In this document: piece by piece, positions 46,904-55,804 of the stretch
Layout of the letters: each line of letters starts with the position of its first letter
How positions within the stretch are numbered: position 1 is the first letter of the stretch
DNA from: an uncultured Marinilabiliaceae bacterium
Lineage (GTDB): Bacteria; Bacteroidota; Bacteroidia; Bacteroidales; VadinHA17
Assembly: GCA_942492595.1 (NCBI GenBank)
Contig: CALOFK010000001.1
Location: 291,373 to 355,372, forward strand
Direction: 5' to 3'
DNA: 64,000 nucleotides
Made by a program: the position numbers and the translations under genes
The notes under the pieces: generated by a model
Databases searched by the model: none
Told to the model about the DNA's origin: nothing
The model's input: only the letters and a program-made list of their open reading frames with translations

Positions 46904-48052
46904 TTATTCCCAGAATGGTGGTTTAATAATTGTTCCTCCCCGAAGTGTGCAATCGTAACACTTCTGATTACCTACAGCATAAATTCCATTTTCAATCTGT
47001 GTAATGTAGATATCAGGGCTCAAGCTTCCCCAGTTCAAACCTCCATCTCCTATTGTTTCCAGAAAGCATCTATAGGGAAATATATTAAATTCAGAAGGGG
47101 TTGGAGCAAATATCCTTCTGGTTGTTACACCGGCAACTTCAAAGACTCCGGTAACAGCTATCTCAGGATCCGATACACATTCTATATTGCTCCTAAGCTT
47201 GAAAGGTTGAGTCTCATATAATCCACCTGTCTCATTTATCATTTTATTTAAGTCGTACCAGAATTTGTAAGATGACTCGGAAATGGACAGCTGTGTAACA
47301 TTGAGGCTATATTTTATCATTAGTGCATCGCCATACTGAGACACAAAATTTAGTTTTGAATCGGCAACCCTATTTTGAGTTAAACCATAGGAGTCACCAA
47401 TAAAGATACCAGCAATATTCAGATCCTTCCAGCAAACACGAAGCTCATCAAGCATTCCTGTCTCCACAACAGAACTTCCTGTCCAGAAAAAATTTGTGTA
47501 ATATGGTACCGAATACATATATGTTGCATCAAGAAGCCAACGAAGATATACTGGATTATCATCTGCACCGCTTGAGTATGCGTAGAACTGTAGACCATAT
47601 GCAGCATCCCCAAGTGTCGAAGTCTTTTGGAATTCTGGCTTATAAATAACACTATCGATTGGTGATCCATAGATATAGGGTTCGAATTCTGACTCATATA
47701 CCTTATTATCTTCAGTTTGTATAGTAAGCCGGAAACTCTCCCCAATATCAGGGATTACAGGTGTTGACAGATTCTCATAAACTCCGGGCGCAACTTCAGA
47801 AAAAGGATAGAGTGCACCATCATCACGTTCTACCATTACAATAGCATTGCTCTCATAACCATAGGATAGTGTTCTATCAAGATTAATAGATCTTGATATT
47901 GATACCCTGGCAGGCAAAGAGGGGTCATCATATATTATCCCTTCAATAACTAGCATCTCCTCGTAGCCCTCTGTGTCTGGATTATAGGGCTCAATACATG
48001 AGTACCCCAAAAGAACCAGTAATAAAAAAACACAAGACCTAATCAACCGCAT
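46904..48052 (-). CDS. Module 2, gene 3: DUF4249-like lipoprotein
   Basis: Lipobox (LLGYSC). Shares ETGGLYETQPF...FEVAGV...GGT[LI][VI]KPPFWE with 39695..40852. Overlaps the receptor gene by 14 nt. Confidence 0.7.
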   Translation of the reverse strand: MRLIRSCVFLLLVLLGYSCIEPYNPDTEGYEEMLVIEGIIYDDPSLPARVSISRSINLDRTLSYGYESNAIVMVERDDGALYPFSEVAPGVYENLSTPVIPDIGESFRLTIQTEDNKVYESEFEPYIYGSPIDSVIYKPEFQKTSTLGDAAYGLQFYAYSSGADDNPVYLRWLLDATYMYSVPYYTNFFWTGSSVVETGMLDELRVCWKDLNIAGIFIGDSYGLTQNRVADSKLNFVSQYGDALMIKYSLNVTQLSISESSYKFWYDLNKMINETGGLYETQPFKLRSNIECVSDPEIAVTGVFEVAGVTTRRIFAPTPSEFNIFPYRCFLETIGDGGLNWGSLSPDIYITQIENGIYAVGNQKCYDCTLRGGTIIKPPFWE

Positions 48053-50813
48053 AATTGCCCAGTTTAAAATTGTAACTAATTGTAAAAATCGGTACTCCGT
48101 ATATTGACTGTTTATATCCTTTTATCTTGCCTCCTTCATTTTTAAAGAAGATTGAATAGGCGTTATTCCTTCCTGTAACATTATACACTGCAAACATCCA
48201 GGATCCATGAGCAAATTTTTTCTTTACCAGATTACCTTCAATATTAACCGATATATCCACCCTGAAATAAGAAGGTATTCTGAATTCGTTACGTGCAGAG
48301 TAGCTTACACCCTCTACTCCATTAATTGAAAAAATGCCGGTAGGATAAGTAATTGGTCGGCCAGAATTATAAACCAGGTTGGAAGCAATGTTAAATCGTC
48401 TTGAGATGCTGTACGAACCAACTAAATTGAAAGCATGAGGCTTATCATAATTGGCCGCATAGCTTCTTCCATCATTTATTCGGGCCCATTGATACTCACT
48501 GTCAATATTTATTAGCGACCTTGAATAGGTATAACTTAGCCAGCCTGTGAGTCGTCCGGCATTCCTTTTTACAAAGAGCTCGGCACCAAATGAGTTCTGT
48601 TTGCCCTGTAGTATTGATGTTTCGAAATTTGGATTTACTGCTAGTTCTGCTCCATCTTTATACTCAACAACTCCATTAGTACGTTTAAAATATAGTTCAG
48701 CTGATGTCTCCAGAGCACGGCTGTTTATGTTTTTATAAACTCCAAGACTAATCTGATCGGCAATAGGAGGTGAGATATGAGGGTCAACCATTTTCCACCT
48801 ATCGGTGGGAGATATAGCGACTGTATTTGATAGCATAAAGATATACTGCCTCATCCTGTTAAAGCTCATCTTAAGTGAGAGATCGGGGCTCAGCTCCTGG
48901 TTCAGGGATATCCTGTATTCCGGTCCGTTATAGTTTACAATACTTTCTCCCTTTTTATAGAAGCTGGTGTCAGAAATATTCTCAATCTCTTTAGGAAGTG
49001 TTTCAGGGTAGGAGTATATATCTTTTGGCCCAAGGTAATTAAAAGAGCTGTATCTTAATCCAGCATATAAAGTAAGCTTATCTGTTAACCTGAACTCGTC
49101 GACAAGAAATAATGAGTATTCCAATCCTTTCTCTTCTCCAAAATCCTGACGTTTAAGCAGTGATTGGAATCTGAGAGGAGAGAATACTCCATGATCAAGC
49201 TTGTGTACAATAAAATTTCCTCCTGCTGAGATAGTGTGATTAGCATAGTTAAAGCTGGTGATCTTAGTCTTTATCTCGCTGTGGCTTACCCCGAATTCAT
49301 GTTCAAATGAACTTGAAGCGTACTCCACATCTGCATTATAATTGGAATACCTGCTTAAAACACCGGTAAATTCTATTTTTAATCTATCATTAAGTTGCTT
49401 GTTATATATTATTGAGGCACCCTTGTTCTGATATCTGTATTTGTAATTGCCTGTCAGATTAAACCTGTCTTTGCTTTTATAAGCGAATAGCTGAATAGAA
49501 CTTTTAGTATCTGGAAGGATATGAATACCTGCCATCAGGTCGTTAAAGGATGCATTGCTGTTTTGTATATCGATATCATTCACCTTTTTAAGAATCCAAT
49601 CTGAGTAGGTTGAACGCCCCCCTATAATTACAGAAGCTTTGTCTTTAACAACAGGAACTTCCACCATAAGAGAGGCTGTGATTGGACTGATAGCTCCTCT
49701 TGCTCCAAACTTCTTCTTATTTCCTTTACGGGTAGTAACTTCAAATATTGAAGCCAGCCTTCCTCCATATTCAACTGGGAAGTTACTCTTATAAAGATTA
49801 AAGTCACTTATCATATCAGGGTTAAAGGCAGAGAAGAATCCAAACAGGTGTCCTGTGTTATAGATAGGGATCTCATTAAGCAGAAACAGGTTCTGATCGG
49901 ATGATGATCCCCGTACATTAAATCCTGCTGAGCCTTCACCAACTGTTTGGACACCGGGCATCATATTGGCAAGTTTCAGTATATCTCTCTCTCCCATTAC
50001 AGCAGGGATGGTCTTAATTTCTTTTACAGCAAGTCTCTGGAAGCCCATTTGAATACCCCTTACATTATCATGCTTTCCTGAACGTACTACCACCTCCTGA
50101 ATATCTATAAGCTTCTCAGTCATCTCAATATTAAGAACCCCGCTGCTATTTACCGTAACAAAGTAGGTCTCCTTCTCCATACCAAGGCAGGATACATTTA
50201 ATGTTACCGTTGAACCGGCATCAATATTGAGTACATAGAATCCATCAGAATTTGTAATTTCACCATTACTGGTTCCCTCCACAACTATTGTAGCACCTAT
50301 TACAGACTCACCTGAGGTGGCAGACCTGACATGACCGGTTATGGTTGCGACACCTGTAAGATCTCTTTCATTACTATTCCCAACGGTATATGAGTGTATC
50401 CGTTTTTCATAAGAAATATTATCTAAAAGTCTGTTATCAACAGATTCATTAGTATCAGGTTGATCGTGTGAAAGAATAAGATCCCGGATAGCATTATCGT
50501 CAATACTAATGTTGCCGGTTATAAAGAATTGTTTATTTCCCCTGTCGAAAAAACTGATCCCCTTTGGAGTAAGTAGCTTCTCAAGCAAAATATTAAAGTT
50601 GATGGAATCTCCATCAGCATTTACTCTTAGATCCTCAACCCATTCCTCTTTGAAATAGAGTGAGATATTGTAATTTTTCTTTATTAGCCGGGCAAACTCT
50701 GAAAATGGAATATTGTTATAAGTACCAGAAATAATTGTACGGTCCTCTTCCTGTCCGACAGAAAGGAGAGTGCTAGAAAATACAAATGCAATTATAATAT
50801 ATATCCGTTTCAC
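48039..50813 (-). CDS. Module 2, gene 2: TonB-dependent receptor (STN-like segment, CarboxypepD_reg, plug, barrel)
   Basis: 924 aa. Long peptide runs are identical to 40839..43613, e.g. NTGHLFGFFSAFNPDMISDFNLYKSNFPVEYGGRLAS and IKGYKQSIYGVPIFTISYNFKLGNYAV. Confidence 0.85.
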   Translation of the reverse strand: MKRIYIIIAFVFSSTLLSVGQEEDRTIISGTYNNIPFSEFARLIKKNYNISLYFKEEWVEDLRVNADGDSINFNILLEKLLTPKGISFFDRGNKQFFITGNISIDDNAIRDLILSHDQPDTNESVDNRLLDNISYEKRIHSYTVGNSNERDLTGVATITGHVRSATSGESVIGATIVVEGTSNGEITNSDGFYVLNIDAGSTVTLNVSCLGMEKETYFVTVNSSGVLNIEMTEKLIDIQEVVVRSGKHDNVRGIQMGFQRLAVKEIKTIPAVMGERDILKLANMMPGVQTVGEGSAGFNVRGSSSDQNLFLLNEIPIYNTGHLFGFFSAFNPDMISDFNLYKSNFPVEYGGRLASIFEVTTRKGNKKKFGARGAISPITASLMVEVPVVKDKASVIIGGRSTYSDWILKKVNDIDIQNSNASFNDLMAGIHILPDTKSSIQLFAYKSKDRFNLTGNYKYRYQNKGASIIYNKQLNDRLKIEFTGVLSRYSNYNADVEYASSSFEHEFGVSHSEIKTKITSFNYANHTISAGGNFIVHKLDHGVFSPLRFQSLLKRQDFGEEKGLEYSLFLVDEFRLTDKLTLYAGLRYSSFNYLGPKDIYSYPETLPKEIENISDTSFYKKGESIVNYNGPEYRISLNQELSPDLSLKMSFNRMRQYIFMLSNTVAISPTDRWKMVDPHISPPIADQISLGVYKNINSRALETSAELYFKRTNGVVEYKDGAELAVNPNFETSILQGKQNSFGAELFVKRNAGRLTGWLSYTYSRSLINIDSEYQWARINDGRSYAANYDKPHAFNLVGSYSISRRFNIASNLVYNSGRPITYPTGIFSINGVEGVSYSARNEFRIPSYFRVDISVNIEGNLVKKKFAHGSWMFAVYNVTGRNNAYSIFFKNEGGKIKGYKQSIYGVPIFTISYNFKLGNYAVD

Positions 50814-50815
50814 AA

Positions 50816-51550
50816 TTACTCTTCTATCAGTTCGTTGACGTACCTGACCATTGATGCCCGATCTGCAATCCTTTTTTTTGTTGGGCTTAATTTTGCTGAG
50901 CGGAGAAACTTTCTTATCTCTTGCTTATGTTCAGGGAATAAGCGGAAAAGACTTTTTACAGACCGAAAGGGCAGCAGATCACCATTAATATACAGGTATT
51001 GTTTTATATTTTCCTTATAATAATATTCCCTGGAACCTGAGCCCTGATTTAAGGTAAGAACTTTCTTCCGCAGTACCAGATAAGATATTTCTCCGTCAGT
51101 TAGCAACTCACTGAACCATGTTGTATCATACTCATTTGTTCCGGGATGTTGAACAAATATATAGTTATCCATGGTGAAGCTGGTAATCAGATTCTTTTTT
51201 AAATTGATCTGGAAACTGGATCCATTGATATTGGTAAAACGGAGAATAATACTATTCTTTTCAATATCATATTTCAAGAGGAGATTTTCATAGATTATTT
51301 TATTAAACTCTACTGATCCTGTCTTCCACTCATTATCAAAAAAGTAAGGATGACCAATGATTGCGCTATTAATATACCCAGAGTAGAATTCTCCACTAAC
51401 AAGACGCTGATCTACTCCATATATCGGGTCAGTAAACTTAAAAGTCTGCACCGAGGTCTTTTTGTCAATCTCCTGTGAAAAAGAGGAGGTAGACAATAAG
51501 AAAAACAAGATTATAACAGAATATATTATAATGCTCCTGTTGATGTTCAT
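50816..51550 (-). CDS. Module 2, gene 1: exported protein of unknown function
   Basis: Signal-like N-terminus (IIIYSVIILFFLLSTSSFSQE). Paralogue of 43613..44383. Confidence 0.65.
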   Translation of the reverse strand: MNINRSIIIYSVIILFFLLSTSSFSQEIDKKTSVQTFKFTDPIYGVDQRLVSGEFYSGYINSAIIGHPYFFDNEWKTGSVEFNKIIYENLLLKYDIEKNSIILRFTNINGSSFQINLKKNLITSFTMDNYIFVQHPGTNEYDTTWFSELLTDGEISYLVLRKKVLTLNQGSGSREYYYKENIKQYLYINGDLLPFRSVKSLFRLFPEHKQEIRKFLRSAKLSPTKKRIADRASMVRYVNELIEE

Positions 51551-51605
51551 TACTCTTTAAGTTATTTCATTTTACTTCTACCTCTTGTCCAAAAGTCAGG
51601 TAAAC

Positions 51606-51613
51606 CAAATATA
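51606..51613 (-). promoter_or_regulatory. -7 promoter box (TATATTTG on the minus strand) upstream of module 2
   Basis: Plus-strand CAAATATA lies 56 nt upstream of the ATG at 51550. Confidence 0.35.
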
Positions 51614-51734
51614 CTGCAAAATTTTTATGCCAGAGGCACCCATATGAAAATTAACATAATTGTTGCTCAAAAGCATGATTATGAAGGGAAAAAATAAATT
51701 GATAATCAATTTGGAATATATACTAAAATTTTTC

Positions 51735-51742
51735 TATTTTTG
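51735..51742 (+). promoter_or_regulatory. -7 promoter box TATTTTTG for tRNA-Gln
   Basis: Exact TAnnTTTG match, 22 nt upstream of the first tRNA base. Confidence 0.5.
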
Positions 51743-51763
51743 CACCACCTTATTAGGTACTAT

Positions 51764-51836
51764 TGACCCATGGTGTAACTGGCAACACATCTGATTTTGG
51801 TTCAGAAGAGTCTAGGTTCGAGCCCTAGTGGGTCAA
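51764..51836 (+). tRNA. tRNA-Gln (anticodon UUG)
   Basis: Hand-folded cloverleaf. Acceptor TGACCCA/TGGGTCA. D stem GTGT/ACAC with loop AACTGGCA. Anticodon stem TCTGA/TCAGA with loop TTTTGGT (anticodon TTG). Variable AGAGT. T stem CTAGG/CCTAG with loop TTCGAGC. Discriminator A. No encoded CCA. Confidence 0.9.
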
Positions 51837-51842
51837 CAAAAA

Positions 51843-51872
51843 AGCTCCGGAAATTTTCCGGAGCTTTTTTTT
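51843..51872 (+). terminator. Rho-independent terminator after tRNA-Gln
   Basis: Perfect stem agctccgg/ccggagct with an A/T loop, followed by a T8 run. Confidence 0.8.
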
Positions 51873-51956
51873 GAAGGGGGGAGCAATGCGTTGCATTGCG
51901 GAGAAATGGGGAAAGGGCGAGAAGTTTATCCTGAGCGAGCATAGTGAGTCGAAGGA

Positions 51957-51978
51957 AGCCCTAGTGGGTCAACAAAAA
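51957..51978 (+). repeat. 22-nt direct copy of the tRNA-Gln 3' end plus trailer (att-like remnant)
   Basis: agccctagtgggtcaacaaaaa occurs at 51821-51842 (inside and after the tRNA) and again at 51957-51978. Confidence 0.85.
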
Positions 51979-52003
51979 GGTCTGCAGACATGCAGGCCTT
52001 TTT
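51978..52003 (+). terminator. Second hairpin plus T-run directly after the partial tRNA copy
   Basis: aggtctgca/tgcaggcct stem (one G-T pair) followed by TTTTT. Confidence 0.6.
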
Positions 52004-52472
52004 ATATTTATAGAGTTTGTCTCTGTCACTTGTCGGGCTCGAACGGCCCTCGCTTCTCCCTGCTGCGCTGATGAGTGCTTGTATTATTCAGGGGAGTTTT
52101 TTATATTCCTCAAATGTGTCTTTCATTATTATTCCAGTCTCCAGTGCATTATCTTTAGAATATTTTCGAAAAACGTTTTCTTTTATAATCTTTCTTTTAT
52201 CATTTTTCATTTTTTTCAATAGTCATTCGCATTGTGTTTTGTTTAGATAGCTTGGATTCGCGTTCCATTTTCTGATATTTTAAGCGACCCTGCTTATTTT
52301 TTTTGATTTAAAAGACAGACATCTGTATTCCATTTTTTATAGTCAAGTACCAATTATATGTTAGAACCCTCTGTAGAATGATGTTCATCTTTCTCTGTTG
52401 ACCAGCCTCATTATGTATATCATATTCTTGTGGATAGACAAGTAATTTGAAAATGAAGAGAAACAAATTTTT

Positions 52473-54217
52473 TTATACTTTTTTTTTATTAAAATATATT
52501 ACAAGAGGAAGCGCTTTGGCAATCTCATTCTTTTCTTCACATATTTTCTTGTACTTATCTGCCTCAATATAATTTTTCTTTGTACTATAGATGTAGTCGA
52601 TCTGGAATGAACTGCTACTTAATTGCTCAATATTTTGTTCGAAATAAATGCTATTTGATCTTTATTTCCAGTAATTAGCAGGTCTCGGAAAATGAATATA
52701 TTGTGTATTTAAGGTTTAGGGTGTTCAATTCAAAATAACCTTTTCACAGCCTGTAGGTTAAGATACTGATACATCAGAATAGGTTCGAAAGAAAAAACCC
52801 AATAATCACCGGCCTCTTCAATCTCTCTCCAGAAACCAGCTACCTCGTAATCATATTTAATAGTAAAATCATTTGTTTCAATATTGTCTGAGATCACTGT
52901 CTTGCCTGTTTTCTTTATTTCAGGATAAATAAAATTCAGCTTTTTGTTTTGCTGGTCTTCAAGATCTTTGTAGTAATATATCCATTAATATTCTCTTTGA
53001 TAGCTCGCCACCTGATTAGAGTTACTTTGATTTTGTGGCCTTAAAAGACTGACTGTTTCGAAATGTGTTTGTGATTAGTTTGGCGGAGACTTTCTGGTTT
53101 CCCTGAGGGATGCATTATAGGGCTTTCTAGAATAGTATAATTAAGGAATCCCACCCTGTTGGTTTGATGGGTCGAGTGTGTTCTTGTTTTATTACTTGAA
53201 TGGTCAACATTGTTGCGGTAAATTTCGAGTTCATGTTGCTATTGAGATTTACGAGGGCAGGGTAGGCATCATGATACTATTTGCTTTAACTTGAAACCAG
53301 TGAGCGATTTTCTTTGCAGTCTCGCGCTGAGCAATAACTGTTCGGGAGGAAAGGGCTTAATGCTCCATTCGACCATGCCCTATAGCGGATCTATCTGTTT
53401 TGTGATCTTGTTTTTTATGTCGTTGTTTCTCTGTAAATATTTCTTCGTACATATAAGAACAGGTCTTTTCCAGTCAAAACTCTGGGAGGTGTTGACCTGG
53501 CCATGAGTGAAAATACTAGAGTGAATATTTTGATGGCATGGTAGTTGGCTAGATTTATTTTCATGTTTTGTTTTGAGGCTTATTCATTATTGGTAATTAT
53601 AGTAAAATCTTGAATAGTTAGGTGTCGCAACAAACATTATTGCGTATCTTTTCTTTGAAAATAAAATCGCAACGAAAATAAATCGATTGGATTAGCAGAT
53701 TCCAAGGGGATAAGTAGATATTTCTCATTATCAAAAATTGATTTTCACCAACGATGGTTATGCAAAATCATCAGGTCGCCAATTTATGTCTTCAGTTATT
53801 ATGCTGTTACCTGCCCGGTATAGATTCCTGATCGAGATTGGCCTATTATTTAGACTTCCATGCTTAAATCACTGCTGCGGTCAATTTTCTCCCCATTTCT
53901 CCATATGTAGAGGTGATGAATCTTCAAGTCCTGGTAATTTGTATCATAGGCGATTGATAGCTGTGAGGCATTTGAAACTCCACTATAGGATACTACATTT
54001 ATTACCTCGTGATTATAAACAGCCTCTTCATCGAGGTTCGCTTGATAATCAGCAAGTAGAAGGTAATAGCCCGATGCTATCTCATATTTTGAGATGGAAG
54101 ATACATCAGGGATTCCGATGGGTTAAAGGCAGGAATTTGCTGAGTGCTTAGGTCTGTGCACTTAAGTAGTGAAAACCAAAAAAGGATTGTAAGTGCAAAA
54201 AGAGTGGTAGATTTCAT
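52473..54217 (-). pseudogene. Heavily degraded DUF3857/transglutaminase-like gene with multiple frameshifts and in-frame stops
   Basis: My own minus-strand translation gives collinear fragments in different frames. They are: MKSTTLFALTILFGFHYLSAQT*; YEIASGYYLLLADYQANLDEEAVYNHEVINVVSYSGVSNASQLSIAYDTNYQDLKIHHLYIWRNGEKIDRSSDLSMEV*; IYTGQVTA*; ARDCKENRSLVSS*SK*YHDAYPALVN (compare GDCKALSNFTRSLLYEAGIDAFY in ORF 563..2482); ...FTIKYDYEVAGFWREIEEAGDYWVFSFEPILMYQYL...; ...LSSSSFQIDYIYSTKKNYIEADKYKKICEEKNEIAKALPLVIYFNKKKV*. Confidence 0.65.
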
Positions 54218-54328
54218 GTTTTACTTATTCAATAATTAACTGATTCTCGAAAAGATCTTTAAATAGCTATATGCCTTATCGTAAATATTTCACAGGCATC
54301 CAGCATAATAGCATAAAATAATTGACCC

Positions 54329-55512
54329 TCAAATCTGTTTTGCTATCGCCAGCGCGATAATAAACCAGTTTACTATTACCTTCATCTGCGGAAGTGACAA
54401 GGGTTGCTCAAGCAGAAGTCCGGGGTATTCAGGCCTTTCTCTATTAATACCAATCATATGCATATGGGCTCCTCCGATATCCGGGTACATATCTTCGTTC
54501 TTTATGTCAAATGCTAATAAACCTGGATATTTATCCGAGAATTCAAATTTTGTTCTATTCGGGTATCGCGAAATATATCCGTCTATAAAGTTATCCAATG
54601 ATTCTTCGGCTTGTGCAGCTTTAATAATTATGGCAATTGTATAGGTAATTACCCGACCATCTTCATTTGGAATTCCCGGCGGTACAATAGTAAGCATTGC
54701 ATGATTATCCTTGTAATCATATAAATTAATATGCCATGTAGAATCAATCATAATTTTTATACCCAGCGGACGAGAACTAAATGTTATCATATCCTCTTTT
54801 GATGCTGACCAGATGTCTGAATAGCTATAGATCGAATCATTTCTGACGGGAATAATTCTATTATATATACTTTGTCCAAGTTGCTCTTCAAAATAACTTG
54901 CTTCTCCAAGAATTGATTTGGCTTTATCCATCGCATAAATGCAATGAGAGGGCATATTTGCAACAGCGGTGGCGAAAGTATATTCTTCCCAGAAGGTGGC
55001 CGGTTCATTTGGCGGAAGCAGCTTTTGACTTTTTAAAAAACACTCAATTGATTTATCCTGAGCTCCGGATAATGCGTAGTGATTTCCCAGGAACCATAAC
55101 GGACGATAATCATCCGGAGTTAAGTAGATTGCCTTATTATAATGACCTGAGGCTGTTTCGAAATATTCGTCTTCCTGTGATTATAAAGGTAGTGAGAAAT
55201 GTCACCAAGTAGTAGGTTAACTTCCGGGGAACTATCATCCAGCCCGGAGAAGACTTTATAGCATTCTTTTAATCCCCTGACCAAAGATTTCTTACTTATA
55301 TCATAGGTCCACTCTGGTTGCCAGTGATTATAAAAGGCTTCATTATCCTTAATATAATTATATCTATCGATATGCTTCTCATAATCAGGGATTTTTTCAA
55401 ATTGAATGTAGTTTATATTTCCTGATAGAGTAAAGCTAACAAAGGTTAAAATTATTGTAAATATTGTTTTCATGTCAGTGATTTTTTGCTCCTTTTTCAA
55501 TATAAGCTTCAA
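54329..55512 (-). pseudogene. Frameshifted gene for a secreted hypothetical protein (about 394 aa if repaired)
   Basis: ORF 55120..55512 (signal peptide ...LLLGDISHYLYNH) continues in the +1 frame as QEDEYFETASGHYNKAIYLTPDDYRPLWFLGNHYALSGAQDKSIECFLKSQKLLPPNEPATFWEEYTFATAVANMPSHCIYAMDKAK. That runs straight into ORF 54329..54955. The frame switch must lie between 55120 and 55180. Confidence 0.7.
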
Positions 55513-55551
55513 GTAAGTATTTGTTATTGAGTTTTATCACTTTATTGCAAT

Positions 55552-55580
55552 CTCATAATTCGCAAGTGCAGAATTATGAG
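55552..55580. promoter_or_regulatory. Perfect 10-bp inverted repeat with a 9-nt spacer (possible operator or hairpin) in a divergent intergenic region
   Basis: ctcataattc gcaagtgca gaattatgag, read directly. It lies between the divergent starts at 55512 (-) and 55805 (+). Confidence 0.3.
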
Positions 55581-55804
55581 TGATCTTTTCAATTGAATAT
55601 TAAAATATTTGTATTGTTGGCTCTATCTTAGTATTGCATCAACTAAAGTACAAAACTATTTCAATTCATTCTTTTCAAATCCAGATATTGTTCAGCAGCT
55701 GCAATTTTTTTGGAGCCATGTTTTATGCTAATCTGATATTTGGTGCTGAGGTCTAAGGTTTGTTTTTTTTGTATCTTGATACACTAAACCTAAAACCAAC
55801 TAAT

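Noticed and set aside
51871-52250. Plus-strand ORFs 51871..52071 and 52017..52250
   Set aside because: They run across the att-like repeat, the terminator hairpins and low-complexity T-rich DNA. No start context or homology was recognised.
52088-52275. Small minus-strand ORF (MKNDKRKIIKENVFRKYSKDNALETGIIMKDTFEEYKKLP), possibly joined through an A7 tract to an upstream MERESKLSKQNTMRMTIEK piece
   Set aside because: It is too short and Lys-rich to assign, and it lies inside the decay tract. It could be a remnant, so I noted it but did not call it.
53000-53560. Possible degraded integrase or transposase next to the tRNA (minus-strand ORF starting MKINLANYHAIK…)
   Set aside because: On translation the fragments fit the middle of the DUF3857/transglutaminase pseudogene (RDCKENRSL…DAYPALVN). 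I could find no recombinase motifs (R..HxxR..Y or DDE).
53738-54151. 137-aa plus-strand ORF from the supplied track
   Set aside because: It is antisense to clearly homologous DUF3857 pseudogene fragments. Its composition is Arg/Leu/Ser/Cys-rich and not protein-like.
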